Positions 53,201 to 53,299 of a DNA stretch of 53,299 nt are shown piece after piece (position 1 is the first letter of the stretch; each line of letters begins with the position of its first letter). A program made the translations under genes and the position numbers. The stretch lies in IMG/VR virus record IMGVR_UViG_3300045988_183942, one strand, 5' to 3'. Source of the DNA: a virus. The notes under the pieces were generated by a model. That model worked only from the letters and a program-made list of their open reading frames with translations. It had not been told where the DNA came from and did no database searches.

Positions 53201-53299
53201 CTTTTTTTTTTGAGTCTGTAAAATTTCACAGACTCCTTTTTTCTAATTGTCTACGGTGATTATTGAAGAAGAAAAAAAACTTAAACATTAAATAATAAA
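53201..53299. repeat. Direct terminal repeat, right copy
   Basis: Identical to 1..99. Confidence 0.95.

Larger units (their letters stand above)
1..53299. mobile_element. Complete genome of a tailed (myovirus-like) archaeal virus/provirus of a pseudomurein-containing methanogen
   Basis: Full set of head, tail, lysis, integration and replication modules. Exact 99-nt repeat at both window ends. Pei-like lysin and archaeal-type replication/repair genes. Uniformly AT-rich. Confidence 0.75.

Noticed and set aside
1-53299. Search for CRISPR arrays, rRNA genes, intact tRNA genes, reverse transcriptase/DGR, transposases, or an alternative genetic code
   Set aside because: I found no regularly spaced repeats of 25-40 nt with unique spacers, no RT or transposase-like ORFs, and no cloverleaf-complete tRNA. 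All long ORFs read through under the standard code.

Overview
The window is one complete genome of about 53.2 kb from a tailed, contractile-tail archaeal virus or provirus. Its first 99 nt are repeated exactly at its last 99 nt, so it is circularly closed or terminally redundant. The sequence is strongly AT-rich, and most genes have GGAGG- or GGTGA-type ribosome-binding sites.

The host is probably a pseudomurein-walled methanogen of the Methanobrevibacter/Methanosphaera type. The evidence is a 308-aa PeiW/PeiP-like pseudomurein endoisopeptidase, plus archaeal-type XPD-like, XPF/Hef-like, B116/DUF1874-like and TFB zinc-ribbon-like proteins.

Gene layout on the + strand:
- 0.27-2.6 kb: prohead protease and major capsid protein.
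- 2.65-4.8 kb: head-tail joining genes.
- 4.8-11.3 kb: sheath, tube, chaperone pair and a 1301-aa tape measure protein.
- 11.3-25.6 kb: PBSX/Xkd-like baseplate and several fibre genes.
- 25.5-26.8 kb: an antisense polytopic membrane-protein moron.
- 27.2-28.7 kb: Pei lysin cassette.
- 29.1-34.4 kb: accessory/lysogeny island holding a 3-gene TIGR04255-like/unknown/HEPN cassette, a tyrosine integrase, a Panacea-RelE-like toxin-antitoxin pair and an unlisted AbrB-like regulator.
- 34.5-44.8 kb: early/replication module, with an SF3 helicase followed by an iteron array, XPD-like helicase and ERCC4 nuclease.
- 44.75-45.3 kb: 570-bp non-coding region carrying a tRNA 3' fragment.
- 45.3-50.6 kb: holin/XhlA-like pair, terS, terL, portal and a MuF-ADP-ribosyltransferase fusion.
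- 50.6-53.2 kb: a second small accessory island.

I saw no rRNA gene, no intact tRNA gene and no CRISPR array. All family assignments come from motif recognition by eye. None has been confirmed by a search.
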